Numbered from the stretch's first letter, positions 24,734 to 34,397 are shown. The stretch: DNA of 64,000 bases from an uncultured Bacteroidota bacterium (GCA_902826215.1 CADEDY010000004.1:68667-132666); one strand, 5' to 3'. The notes: generated by a model not told the origin, from the sequence alone. Numbers and translations: made by a program.

Positions 24734-26292
24734 TGTGCTTCGGATAGTTCGTGAAGTGCGTTCGCCGTTCGCTGGTCGGCGAGGTTCCATTCTTGCCAAT
24801 GCTGTTCAGCGTAGCGCTGTTCGAACCGATCACGCTTCGCATCGAGTTCCATTCGAAAGGTCTGCGGATCGAGATGATCGACCCAGCGCACCGTTTTGGA
24901 TCTGTGTTGGGCCATTTGCGCTTCCACCTTGTCGATATCAGCATACAAAAGCGGCAGCACCTTGTCCGACATGGCCAGATAATTGTCCACGTCGATCTCG
25001 CCTTGGTTCCAGTGGTTCAAGTTGAACCGAACGATCACGCTGTCCCAATCAACAGTGGTCGAGGCGACCAGAATGGCGAATGCGGCCCAGCCATTGATGC
25101 GCGCGAGGTAGAATAGGCTCTTCTTGTCGCGCACTTTGAAATAGAGCGTCACCAAGCCCAACAAGACCAGACCCAAGAACACGATCACACCGATGCGCTT
25201 GTACGCCAATCCATGGAATGCGATGTAATGGTAGTTGCGCAAGAACACCGAGATCCCGAGCACCAGATTCTGACCGACCCACAGCAGAGCCAATGTTCTC
25301 AAGCCTTTGGATCGAGCATAGAAATTCAGGTTGTTGCGAAAGAGAACCATCAGGATCACCATGCTCAACAGAATGCTGATGATCAACATCCAGGTCCCTT
25401 CATGGACGAATTGCTTCAAACTGAAATCGACCGGGACCTCGAAGCCGAACCATATCCATTGAATGTCGATCACGTTCACGACGATCAATAAAAGGTTGAC
25501 CATCAATAGGAGGATGACACCCATTCGTCGTTCACGTTCGAGCCCGTCCATGTTCCGTGGTGATGCCCGATCAGGCAACCGTCGACGCGTTCGGACCAAT
25601 ACGTCCCTCCATTGCTCTTCCATGTCGACCACCGCTCGAGGCGCGAAGCGGTAGATCAAGCCTGCACAGACCAGAAGACCGAACGACAGAAAGAGCGTAT
25701 GCGCAGTAGGGATCCAGGAAAGTGCATCGCCGAGGAACTGCAATAGGCCATCCATGAATCCTGCTGTCAAATGATCGAACTTGGGGTTGCCCGCGCGGTA
25801 GAGTTGGGTGAAGAGAGAAAGCAGCAATAAGGGCATCGCACCCAACTTCACCCAGCGCCAACCTGTCCGTGGCACTCCATGGACCTTAGGCAACTGATCA
25901 AGGCTGCCTATGGCGATGAAAGGGGCAACCAGGAAGTTGGTGAAGGCGTGGAGCAAGGAATAGAACAAGGATCGCAAGCGTGCTTCCTGAGCGGTAGCCG
26001 AAGTCACCAGAAGAGCGACCATGGCTACCACAATGGCAAGAACACTATGGTGGACGTAAACCATGATCCCAGCCAACAACGAACCGCCCATGGTCATTCG
26101 GGCCGTGTCTGAAAGCCCGGTCCAACCTGCATTTCCCACAAGAACAAGCAATACAAGGATGATGAATACGAGGAGATCAAGGCCGAGCTCACGCTCCCAG
26201 AACAATTGGTCGAACGCCAATGTCAGGCACACCAACAACAGCGGTTGCCGCCACGCACGCAAAAAGGAGTCATTTACAGTTAACATATGCAC
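24730..26292 (-). CDS. DUF4173-like large polytopic membrane protein
   Basis: 520 aa and 12+ TM. The N-terminus (MHMLTVNDSFLRAWRQPLLLVCLTLAFDQLFWERELG) is typical of the DUF4173 family widespread in Bacteroidota. ATGA overlap with the downstream gene. Confidence 0.6.
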   Translation of the reverse strand: MHMLTVNDSFLRAWRQPLLLVCLTLAFDQLFWERELGLDLLVFIILVLLVLVGNAGWTGLSDTARMTMGGSLLAGIMVYVHHSVLAIVVAMVALLVTSATAQEARLRSLFYSLLHAFTNFLVAPFIAIGSLDQLPKVHGVPRTGWRWVKLGAMPLLLLSLFTQLYRAGNPKFDHLTAGFMDGLLQFLGDALSWIPTAHTLFLSFGLLVCAGLIYRFAPRAVVDMEEQWRDVLVRTRRRLPDRASPRNMDGLERERRMGVILLLMVNLLLIVVNVIDIQWIWFGFEVPVDFSLKQFVHEGTWMLIISILLSMVILMVLFRNNLNFYARSKGLRTLALLWVGQNLVLGISVFLRNYHYIAFHGLAYKRIGVIVFLGLVLLGLVTLYFKVRDKKSLFYLARINGWAAFAILVASTTVDWDSVIVRFNLNHWNQGEIDVDNYLAMSDKVLPLLYADIDKVEAQMAQHRSKTVRWVDHLDPQTFRMELDAKRDRFEQRYAEQHWQEWNLADQRTANALHELSEAQ

Positions 26293-26294
26293 GG

Positions 26295-26582
26295 TCAGGG
26301 TTTGGGGATCAAGCGTTCAATGGCATCCAAATGGGCACGAAAGGCTTTGGTTCCGGGAATGGTGGACCGGTAACTCGTGTTGGGTCGTTTACCGATGAAT
26401 CGCTTTCGGACCTGCACGTACTTCAACTCTTCCAATGCAGCTAAATGACTTGCCAGATTGCCATCGGTAACGCCCAAAAGCTCCTTGAATTGCGCGTGAT
26501 CCACCCACTCGTTCACCACGAGCACCGCCATGATGCCCAAACGCACACGACTCTCGAACGCTTTGTTCAGATCCTCGATCAT
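26295..26582 (-). CDS. Small winged-helix (PF13601-like) transcriptional regulator
   Basis: RLGIMAVLV...FKELLGVTDGNLASHLAALEELKYVQVRKRFIGKRPNTSYRSTIPGTKAF: the common Bacteroidota ~95-aa wHTH regulator. Its stop abuts the next gene's start. Confidence 0.7.
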   Translation of the reverse strand: MIEDLNKAFESRVRLGIMAVLVVNEWVDHAQFKELLGVTDGNLASHLAALEELKYVQVRKRFIGKRPNTSYRSTIPGTKAFRAHLDAIERLIPKP

Positions 26583-27238
26583 TCTGCAGATGAAGTGGCT
26601 TCCCGCTCGTAGCGCAGATACATGAGCGCCCCATAAATGATATGCAGCACGCCGAACCCAAGTGCCCAGAACAACAAGCCTGCTTCCAACCAGAAGATCG
26701 CAACAAGCCCAAGAGCGAGTTCACTGAAGCCCAACCAGCGTATCTCGTCTAGCGTGAACTTGCTGGCGTTGAACAAGGCCAAGCCATAGAAGATCAGGGT
26801 TGCTGGAGGCACAAGACCGGGGAGACCGTAGAAGAACAGTGCCAAGCAGAAAATGCCCCCAACGGCCAATGGTATGAGCATGTTCCACATCAACCGACGT
26901 GCGCTGGCATCCCAGAGGTATTGGCCTGCCTTGGTGCTACGACGCCAAGTGAACCAGCCTGCACCGAGCAGCGCCACGAGGAGCACCAATGCCGCATCGG
27001 TGATCAACGTGATGAGCAACGCATCCTCCGCGGTGAACGACCCACCGGTCCCGTACGTGAGCACATCGCGCGCTGGCCCGAGCGCTGCGTTGATATGGTA
27101 GCGCGCCAACACGGCTCCTGACAAAGCCACGCAGCCAGCGAACACGCCGCTAAGTCCACTTAGGCTCAAGAAACGGGTGCTGCGATCCATCAGCCCACGG
27201 ATGTGGGCGAGTTCCTTCAAGTGGTCGTTCTGATCCAT
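26579..27238 (-). CDS. Hypothetical membrane protein (first gene of the operon)
   Basis: 6 TM. Start at MDQNDHLKELAHIRGLM (27238). Confidence 0.5.
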   Translation of the reverse strand: MDQNDHLKELAHIRGLMDRSTRFLSLSGLSGVFAGCVALSGAVLARYHINAALGPARDVLTYGTGGSFTAEDALLITLITDAALVLLVALLGAGWFTWRRSTKAGQYLWDASARRLMWNMLIPLAVGGIFCLALFFYGLPGLVPPATLIFYGLALFNASKFTLDEIRWLGFSELALGLVAIFWLEAGLLFWALGFGVLHIIYGALMYLRYEREATSSAE

Positions 27239-27268
27239 TACAAAGTACTTTGCAGTACAAAGTAACGA
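27238..27268. promoter_or_regulatory. Candidate operator: ttACAAAGTACTTTGcagTACAAAGTAac (12-bp perfect palindrome CAAAGTACTTTG inside a TACAAAGTA direct repeat)
   Basis: Located in the 78-bp gap immediately upstream of the operon that encodes the wHTH regulator. Confidence 0.4.
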
Positions 27269-27316
27269 GATCAAGAAAGAAACATTGCATGCTGAAGTTA
27301 TTTCCCTTGGAAAGGC

Positions 27317-28015
27317 TCAGTGCATCGACACCATTGCAAGCGCCGCTCCCACCAGCACAGCCACGAACCGGGCGGCATTGAACCGATGCTCAGGGGCACT
27401 TTCAAAGATGATGGTGGTGCTGATGTGTAACAACATCCCAATGGCCAAGCCCAGCATATCATGCAGGAAGGCATGCCCTAGACCCTCTCCTACCAGCAAA
27501 CCTGTACCGATCCCCAAAGGCGCAGCAGAAGCGAACACCAGGATCATGATCCAACTGGAAGCGGTTCCAGTTCCTGATCGGAGCAGGACAGTAGCCAGTG
27601 CTATGGCCATGGGCATCTTGTGCAACAACACCCCGATGAGGAACGGGAGATCACCTGCGACCTTCGGATCGGCAAAAGGGATCCCTTCGGCGTAGGAATG
27701 CAGGCACAAGCTCACCAAGGTCACCAAGGGAAGAGCCTTTCCAGGTGTGGTATGTACGTGGCCATGCTCAATGCCATGGCTGAAGAACTCAAGCACTACT
27801 TGAAGGAGAAAGCCTCCAAGAACCCAGAAACCGATACGCATGCCTTCCTCGGCATACAGTTCCGGCAACATGTGCAGGAACACCACACCGAGCAGGAAAG
27901 CACCACTGAAGGAGAGCAGGATGCGCAACCAACGCGCTTCAGGGCGTAACACACGCACCAAAGCAGCAGCGATCAAAGGCAAGAGAAAGAAGGCAAGAAC
28001 GGTGATCCTGGTCAT
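27317..28015 (-). CDS. ZIP-family divalent-metal transporter (ZupT-like)
   Basis: 8 TM. Histidine-rich loop HGIEHGHVHTT. Conserved HSYAEG and HKMPMA motifs. Confidence 0.8.
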   Translation of the reverse strand: MTRITVLAFFLLPLIAAALVRVLRPEARWLRILLSFSGAFLLGVVFLHMLPELYAEEGMRIGFWVLGGFLLQVVLEFFSHGIEHGHVHTTPGKALPLVTLVSLCLHSYAEGIPFADPKVAGDLPFLIGVLLHKMPMAIALATVLLRSGTGTASSWIMILVFASAAPLGIGTGLLVGEGLGHAFLHDMLGLAIGMLLHISTTIIFESAPEHRFNAARFVAVLVGAALAMVSMH

Positions 28016-28740
28016 TGCACGGGTTTACGCATCCAAAGGACGAATCGGTCCGATCGCTCGGGATCGAACGGGGTCAGCACAGGTCCGTTCGTGCGATCCT
28101 CGATAAGGAAGCCTGCTTCCAGAGCCATGGACTCCAGTTCCAAAGGTGTCAACGTCTGAACGCGTTCCTCGAATTCGTGCACCTCGGCGCCATCCTTCAC
28201 ATGAATGCGTTTAACAAGGATCCCGTCTTCACAGGCTCGGTCGATGCGGAACCCAATTCCAGAACGTTCCAATGTCTCTGCTGCGACCAAGTCCCGGACA
28301 ACAAGGTCAGAATTCATGAAATCCAGCACAAAGCGCCCACCGGGACGCAGTGCATCGAATACGGCACGGAACACGGCCCGGTCATCATCCAAGGTTTCGA
28401 AGTACCCCAGGCTGGTGAACAAGCAGCATCCGAGATCAAAATCCTCATGAGCAAAAGGCTCGCGCATATCATGCACATGGAAGGTGGCGTCCGGAACAGA
28501 CACACGTGCCTCGCTGATACTGGTCTCAGAGATGTCCACCCCGGTGACTTTCAAGCCCTGTTCCGTGAAATAGCGGGCATGACGTCCCCTACCGCAGGCC
28601 AGATCCAGGATACGATCACCGGAGGAGGGGCTCCATTGGCTCATGATGGCGTCCACCCACAGCTCCGCATCTCCTTCGTCCCGATGGCCATACAGCAGGG
28701 CGTAGTACCGTGTTCCGAACCAGTGTTTGAACCAACCCAT
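28012..28740 (-). CDS. Class I SAM-dependent methyltransferase
   Basis: Motif I ILDLACGRGRHARYF. Start at MGWFKHWF (28740). The stop overlaps the ZIP start (ATGA). Confidence 0.75.
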   Translation of the reverse strand: MGWFKHWFGTRYYALLYGHRDEGDAELWVDAIMSQWSPSSGDRILDLACGRGRHARYFTEQGLKVTGVDISETSISEARVSVPDATFHVHDMREPFAHEDFDLGCCLFTSLGYFETLDDDRAVFRAVFDALRPGGRFVLDFMNSDLVVRDLVAAETLERSGIGFRIDRACEDGILVKRIHVKDGAEVHEFEERVQTLTPLELESMALEAGFLIEDRTNGPVLTPFDPERSDRFVLWMRKPVQ

Positions 28741-28881
28741 TTGCGACCGACGAACGGACGGCGAATGTACCGGCTGCCGGGCGGGTTGACAATTCCGTGG
28801 AAAACTCCTGCTGGGCCGACCCCTCTGGGCTGAACCGGTACTTGTTCTTTGTAGGACAAGTACCGAACAGGCCCAAGATCC

Positions 28882-29439
28882 ATGTTGAACCGCATCCACG
28901 ACCTCTACGACGAGTTGGAACGCGAGCGTGTGATGCTGTCCTTCAAAGGCGCTTTGACACCGGAACTGGTGACTGCGCTGCTCGGCGCGGTGGAGAGGAA
29001 GGTGGGATCCTTGGAACCCGATCCACGTACCCGGAAAAGGGTATTCAACGTCGTGATGGAGTGTCTCCAGAACCTGTATCACCACAATGCCGAGCCTAAG
29101 TTGGAGAACAGCGATCCCGGTGCGGCGATCGAGCCACACGGCGTGGTAATGATCGTCCATACGGAAAAGGGCTACTCTGTGCTTACCGGCAACTTCATGG
29201 ACGGAGCAGAAGTTGAACGTCTGAAGACCCACCTGGACAGGATCAATTCCTTGCAGGTGGAAGAACTCCGCGAATTCTACCGCGCCACCTTGGCCGATGG
29301 GAAATACGGTCGCAATGGCGGCGGGGGTTTAGGTATGATCGATATCGCCAGGAAGAGCGGCGGAAAGTTGGAATACGGCTTCGTGGCCTACGACAAGGAC
29401 AATGCATTCTTCAGTTTGAACGTGAACGTGACCTCATAG
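28882..29439 (+). CDS. SiaB-like GHKL-ATPase serine kinase / anti-sigma-type partner-switch protein
   Basis: GHKL ATP-lid NGGGGLGMIDIARKSGG. About 185 aa. Confidence 0.6.
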   Translation: MLNRIHDLYDELERERVMLSFKGALTPELVTALLGAVERKVGSLEPDPRTRKRVFNVVMECLQNLYHHNAEPKLENSDPGAAIEPHGVVMIVHTEKGYSVLTGNFMDGAEVERLKTHLDRINSLQVEELREFYRATLADGKYGRNGGGGLGMIDIARKSGGKLEYGFVAYDKDNAFFSLNVNVTS

Positions 29440-29449
29440 ACCGCAAAAC

Positions 29450-29842
29450 ATGGCACCGCTACAATTGGAAGGAAGTCCGAAGACACCCACCGTGAACTTC
29501 GATCCCGAGACCGGCTTGCTCGAACTCAAGGGCCGATCCATCCCTGAGAACTCCATCGACTTCTACAAACCATTGATCGATTGGTTGGACAAGTACGGGC
29601 GTGAGCCCAAGCCAAAGACCGCTCTGCACGTGCAGCTGGAGTACTTCAATACAAGCTCCTCGAAGTGCATTCTGGACGTATTCAAGAAACTCGAAGGGGT
29701 GCGAGCAACGGGTAACGAGGTGACCGTGCTTTGGCACTACGAGGCTGATGACGAGGATATGTTGGAAGCCGGCGAGGACTATGCGGGGATAATCAATATC
29801 CCTTTCAAGATGATCCAGATCGAAGAGGTGGACGGAAATTGA
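29450..29842 (+). CDS. DUF1987 (SiaC-like) protein, putative substrate/partner of the upstream kinase
   Basis: MAPLQLEGSPKTPTVNFDPETGLLELKGRSIPENSIDFYKPLIDWL matches the DUF1987 family. Begins 10 nt after the kinase gene. Confidence 0.6.
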   Translation: MAPLQLEGSPKTPTVNFDPETGLLELKGRSIPENSIDFYKPLIDWLDKYGREPKPKTALHVQLEYFNTSSSKCILDVFKKLEGVRATGNEVTVLWHYEADDEDMLEAGEDYAGIINIPFKMIQIEEVDGN

Positions 29843-29891
29843 AATCCACGCACTTTCTAGGAAAGCCCTGGCTTCGGTCGGGGCTTTGCCG

Positions 29892-32800
29892 TTAGTGGGT
29901 CCGACGGGTAGGAATGGCGCGCATCAGTCGAGGGAAGACCTCGGCATACAGTGTTGCAGCTAGCAACAGCGCCATACCCCAAAGCACGAGCACATTGGCC
30001 CAAAGCGTCGGTATGCGGATACCAACAAGCCATTTTGCCGGTGCGTAGAAGTGCGCGCCGAAGAAACCATTCTCCACGGGCTCGAGATAGATCGGATCGC
30101 TTTTCTGAACGAGTTCCCCTTTGTCCACCACGATCACATTCACATCGTTCTTATTGGTCACCACGTCGGCAAGGCTCTCGTTGCGGTAGGAGTCGAGAAG
30201 CATGAAGTAGTTCGTTCGAAGTTCAGGAGTAGCGGTCATTTCGGCGATGCGTTTCTCCTTATCCGCTTCTGCAACCTTGTAGGTATTCCGGAAATGCTGT
30301 GTGAGCAGTTCCAAACTGGACTCCACCTCAACGAGCAGATCCGGTGTCACTTTCTCAGGGTTCAGTTCTTGGAGCCTGTCGAAACGGAATCCACTGATCT
30401 GCTTTTGGGCTTTGGTCAATTCTCCACGGATCAATTGAAGCTCGAACGATACATCCACCCCCTCAGGATGCCCATTGATCGCCCTGCGCACGTTGCCTAC
30501 GCTGTTCTCCAATTCGCGTACCCAAAGATCCTTCTTCCAATTGGCCGATTTCATGCGCTGATCCATCCCATAGAACAGACGCTCGTAGTCATTGTCCATG
30601 AACTGCGTTACGGCGAGGCCTTCGTACGCCCATCGCGAGGCCATCACATTCCCAAGCAAGGGCACACTGCGCTCAGATGCGAACCACGGATGCAGTTTAT
30701 CGAATTTGACGATGATACCACTGAAGAGAAGCTGCGGAATGATGAGCACCGGGATCATGATGTAGATCACTTTGGCGCTGTTGAAACTGGCGCTGACATT
30801 CAGGCCGAGCACATTGGCGAAACAAGAAGTGCTGAACAACAACAGCCAATGCTGCATATGCAGCCCGTGTATGCCCAATACCCCATGTCCGACAAGCACG
30901 AAAAGGAATGTCTGCATCGCGGAGATAAGGAAGAGGATCCCGATCTTACTGAGCAGGTAGCTCATCCAGCTTAGGTCAAGGAATTTCTCGCGTTGCAGGA
31001 TCTTGCGGTCACGGATGATCTCCTCAGCGCTCACGGTCAGTCCTAGGAAAAGGGCCACGATCACTGCGATGAACAAATATTGCGGGATGTTGTCGTTCTG
31101 GCGAAAGATGTAAGTCCCCGCTGTACCGTGTCCTACCCGATAGAACTTCAGGAAGAACGCCATCAAGAAAGCAAGCGCTGGTGCTTCGAGCAAATTGATG
31201 AGGACGTACTGACGATTGGCCAATTTGCTGAGTAGGTCACGTTTGAAATAGACCTTGAGCTGCCGGAGCTTGTCGGGTACGGCGAAGGTGCTCTTGGGCA
31301 CGCTTCGTTCCTCTGCTACCAGTGCAACACGACCATCCATCTGCGCGCGGAACACTTCATTCCAAGCCTCTGGACTGATGCGCCGCTGATCGGTCTCGTT
31401 ACCGTACTCGTCCACCAACTTGGCTTCGAGGATATTGAAGATCTGTTCGGGATTCACGTTCCCGCACGCGCCGCATTGGCCCACCTCGCTGTTCACCTGG
31501 CCGGTGACACGCTTGAAGTAGACCACGGCATCCACTGGATCGCCGTAATAGACAGGATGCCCTTCCTGATCCATGAGCAACAACCGATCGAAGAGCTTGA
31601 AGATGTCCGATGAGGGTTGGTGGATCACCACGAACACCAGCCTGCCCTTGAGCGCGAGCTCCTTCAGCAGATCCATGATGTTCTCGGAATCACGGGAACT
31701 GAGGCCACTGGTGGGCTCATCCACGAACAATACACTCGGCTCCCGGATGAGTTCCAACGCGATGTTCAAACGTTTGCGCTGGCCGCCGCTGATGGTCTTC
31801 TCCAGTGGGCTGCCCACCTTCAGGTCCTTGGTCTCATACAGACCAAGCGTTTGAAGCATGCGCAATACGCGCTCTGCCACCTGCTCGTTGTTCTGATCGC
31901 CGAAGCATAACTTGGCATTGTAGAAGAGGTTCTGGAAGACCGTGAGTTCCTCGATAAGCAGATCGTCCTGGCTTACGTGCCCGATCACACCGCGAATGCG
32001 GGCACGCTCCGAATGAACATCAATACCGTTGATGGTGACGTGTCCACGGCTCGGTTTCAGATTACCGTTGAGTATGTTCAGCAGGGTGCTCTTACCGCTC
32101 CCGCTCCCGCCCATGATGCCGATCAGCTTTCCACCGGTCTCTGCCAGCTTCAATTCGTGAAGACCCAATCGTCCGTTCGGGAAAGCATACTCGATGGCAT
32201 CCGCCTTGAAAACGATCCGAGACCGGCCGCCCTTGTTCATGAAGGCGCCGAGGATGTCGCTGTAATAGATGGGGGCACCATTCGGTGGCCGTACGCTCGT
32301 ACCATTGCTGAGAACGTAGTGGCTGTCGTTGCCCATGCGCTGACCGTTCAGGAGCACTTCGTCCTGCCCGGTGTAACGCATCACGTACAAATTCACACTC
32401 GGCACATGGAGCACACGGAGTTCACCTTGCAACCCGTGTGCATGGATGTGACGAGCCTTGTCCATCCCGTTCTGAACGGCAGCGTCGATGTACAGCAAGT
32501 TCGCCGCGTCCACGCGCTCGGACTGTTGCGTTTCGACGAACCGACGACATTGCGCGAAATCCTCCTGACCGATGTTGAAGGTCTCTGCAACGGTGGAGAC
32601 GAACTCGGCCTCCTGCTCGGACACTTCATCGTTGGAGCGAATGAATTCCAAGAGATGGACAAGCACCACGAACTTCTGATGTTGGTTGAGCTCTTCGTTG
32701 ACCTGCGTGCAGATCTTGAGAACCTTCACCGAATTGAGCGAAGTTCGCTTCCGTCCGCTGCGGCTTTGACCACCGCTCGCATGGAACGCCTGCACGAAGG

Positions 32801-32966
32801 CCTGATAGCGTGCCATATGGGCCGCAGCCAGTTCAGAACTGAACTGCTTCCGCAGGAACCGCTCCAGGATCGCCGCATTGTCCGGACGCGCACCTTCGGC
32901 CACGGCATCGCCTTTGGCGATGATGGCGAACAGTTGCAGTAAAGCCTTGAGTATCTTCTCGCTCAT
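29892..32966 (-). CDS. FHA-domain-containing ABCG-type (ABC-2) transporter: N-terminal helical domain + FHA-like + ABC ATPase + 6-TM permease
   Basis: Walker A GGSGSGKST. ABC signature ISGGQRKRLNIA. Walker B LFVDEPTSGL. FHA-like GNDSHYVLSNGTSV. C-terminal ABC-2 membrane domain. Start at MSEKILKALL (32966). Confidence 0.8.
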   Translation of the reverse strand: MSEKILKALLQLFAIIAKGDAVAEGARPDNAAILERFLRKQFSSELAAAHMARYQAFVQAFHASGGQSRSGRKRTSLNSVKVLKICTQVNEELNQHQKFVVLVHLLEFIRSNDEVSEQEAEFVSTVAETFNIGQEDFAQCRRFVETQQSERVDAANLLYIDAAVQNGMDKARHIHAHGLQGELRVLHVPSVNLYVMRYTGQDEVLLNGQRMGNDSHYVLSNGTSVRPPNGAPIYYSDILGAFMNKGGRSRIVFKADAIEYAFPNGRLGLHELKLAETGGKLIGIMGGSGSGKSTLLNILNGNLKPSRGHVTINGIDVHSERARIRGVIGHVSQDDLLIEELTVFQNLFYNAKLCFGDQNNEQVAERVLRMLQTLGLYETKDLKVGSPLEKTISGGQRKRLNIALELIREPSVLFVDEPTSGLSSRDSENIMDLLKELALKGRLVFVVIHQPSSDIFKLFDRLLLMDQEGHPVYYGDPVDAVVYFKRVTGQVNSEVGQCGACGNVNPEQIFNILEAKLVDEYGNETDQRRISPEAWNEVFRAQMDGRVALVAEERSVPKSTFAVPDKLRQLKVYFKRDLLSKLANRQYVLINLLEAPALAFLMAFFLKFYRVGHGTAGTYIFRQNDNIPQYLFIAVIVALFLGLTVSAEEIIRDRKILQREKFLDLSWMSYLLSKIGILFLISAMQTFLFVLVGHGVLGIHGLHMQHWLLLFSTSCFANVLGLNVSASFNSAKVIYIMIPVLIIPQLLFSGIIVKFDKLHPWFASERSVPLLGNVMASRWAYEGLAVTQFMDNDYERLFYGMDQRMKSANWKKDLWVRELENSVGNVRRAINGHPEGVDVSFELQLIRGELTKAQKQISGFRFDRLQELNPEKVTPDLLVEVESSLELLTQHFRNTYKVAEADKEKRIAEMTATPELRTNYFMLLDSYRNESLADVVTNKNDVNVIVVDKGELVQKSDPIYLEPVENGFFGAHFYAPAKWLVGIRIPTLWANVLVLWGMALLLAATLYAEVFPRLMRAIPTRRTH

Positions 32967-33078
32967 GCGTCCTTCCTTCCACGCTCCCTTGGATCGTTCC
33001 AAAAAAGAGCGCCCCTCTTTACGGGAGGAGCGCTTGAAAGTTGCGTTCGGAAAGGAAAAGGGCCCAGCCCCGAGAGTC

Positions 33079-33498
33079 CTACTTCTTGAAGCCGATCAAC
33101 ATCACGGCGCAGCCACTACCAGCCTTGGAGGGATCCAATGAAGCCTCCACCTTCACATCAATGGTGTTGGTGACAGCAAGATCCCAATAGGGTGCGTTAC
33201 CTTGGTCCCTGTTGGTGAAGAGCACGTGGTCATCCTTGTCCACGACACTGAACACCAGGATGCCATCCGTGTCCCCGCTACACGCTGCAACGCGGTACGT
33301 GGTGCCTCCGAACAACGTAAGGTTGAACTCTGCTTGTTCATCGCCCTGCAACAGTGCCCGGTAGAACTGCCCATCGGGAATGTACTGGGTGGTGATGTGC
33401 TTTTCGCAGCGATCCGCGATGGTGCCGCACAATTCCTGAGCTGGGGCTCCGATGCCCGCTGCCAAAGTGAGTAGAAGGATGGTCGAGCGCATGTTCAA
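33079..33498 (-). CDS. Secreted hypothetical protein
   Basis: Signal peptide MNMRSTILLLTLAAGIGAPAQ. Confidence 0.4.
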   Translation of the reverse strand: MNMRSTILLLTLAAGIGAPAQELCGTIADRCEKHITTQYIPDGQFYRALLQGDEQAEFNLTLFGGTTYRVAACSGDTDGILVFSVVDKDDHVLFTNRDQGNAPYWDLAVTNTIDVKVEASLDPSKAGSGCAVMLIGFKK

Positions 33499-34397
33499 GC
33501 AAGCATCATGTTACGAATGGCAGTGACTTTGGCCACGATGGCGGTCAACTTCTCTGCTGGAATGTTGACGGAACTTGTGCTGTTGATGAAGGTGGTTTTC
33601 TTCGCCGCGTCGGTAACTGGCTCTTGGAACGTATAGGTGCTGCTCACACCGGAGAACAGACCCTGCAATTCCTTCAACGCTGCCAACAATGGTCCGGCGG
33701 CCTTTTCCTTGTCGCTGTTCTCCAATACTTCCACCAGTGCATTGAGACCGGCCTTCTGTTCGCCAACACGGTTCATCAACGCCTGATCCTTCACCGCTTC
33801 CGGGTCGGAAACAGTGAGGTACAGCGATTCGATCCAGCCTCCAGCAAGGACCAAGGCGCTTACGTCATCGCGGTCGTTGTTCTTGAGATATTGATCCGCA
33901 GCGCGGAACGCCGTACCGCTCAACTGTAACAGGCTGTCCTCGCTACCCAAGTTGGTTTTGAAACGATCCAGCATCGAACGATCGAACGAATTGGTGAGTT
34001 CCAACTTTCCCCCCAACTTCTCGATGGCTTGCATCGTGGCCATGGCACGCTGTCCGTCCTTGTGTACGGCTGCGTATGCGAGGTCTGCACCGAAAAGACC
34101 AAGTCGGGTGCTTTGCGAAACCTTGTCCACGGCAGCCTCCCCTTTCTCCAAAGGCGCGGTCATGTCCTTCTTATAGGCCAGCCCGGACTTCCGGATAGCC
34201 AGCGCGGCTTGTACCGGCGAGGGAATGCTGAAGACCTTCCCGCCCACGTTGAGCAGCTGGTTCTCCGATGGGGAGGTTTCCACGGCGAGTGTGTCCGTGT
34301 GGTCAGTGGTATCGGTGGTGCCCGAACCGCCACAGGCCACCAAAAGGGAACCTAGGCTGAGTAGGAGAACCGGTCTCCAAGTGGTTGACGATGACAT
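33495..34397 (-). CDS. Hypothetical lipoprotein
   Basis: Lipobox LLVACGGSG. Helical, Ala/Leu-rich. Confidence 0.45.
   Translation of the reverse strand: MSSSTTWRPVLLLSLGSLLVACGGSGTTDTTDHTDTLAVETSPSENQLLNVGGKVFSIPSPVQAALAIRKSGLAYKKDMTAPLEKGEAAVDKVSQSTRLGLFGADLAYAAVHKDGQRAMATMQAIEKLGGKLELTNSFDRSMLDRFKTNLGSEDSLLQLSGTAFRAADQYLKNNDRDDVSALVLAGGWIESLYLTVSDPEAVKDQALMNRVGEQKAGLNALVEVLENSDKEKAAGPLLAALKELQGLFSGVSSTYTFQEPVTDAAKKTTFINSTSSVNIPAEKLTAIVAKVTAIRNMMLA

Noticed and set aside
28012-29232. 406-aa minus-strand ORF
   Set aside because: Only the last 242 codons (from MGWFKHWF at 28740) form the methyltransferase. The upstream part is an anti-frame of the plus-strand SiaB-like gene and the divergent promoter region.
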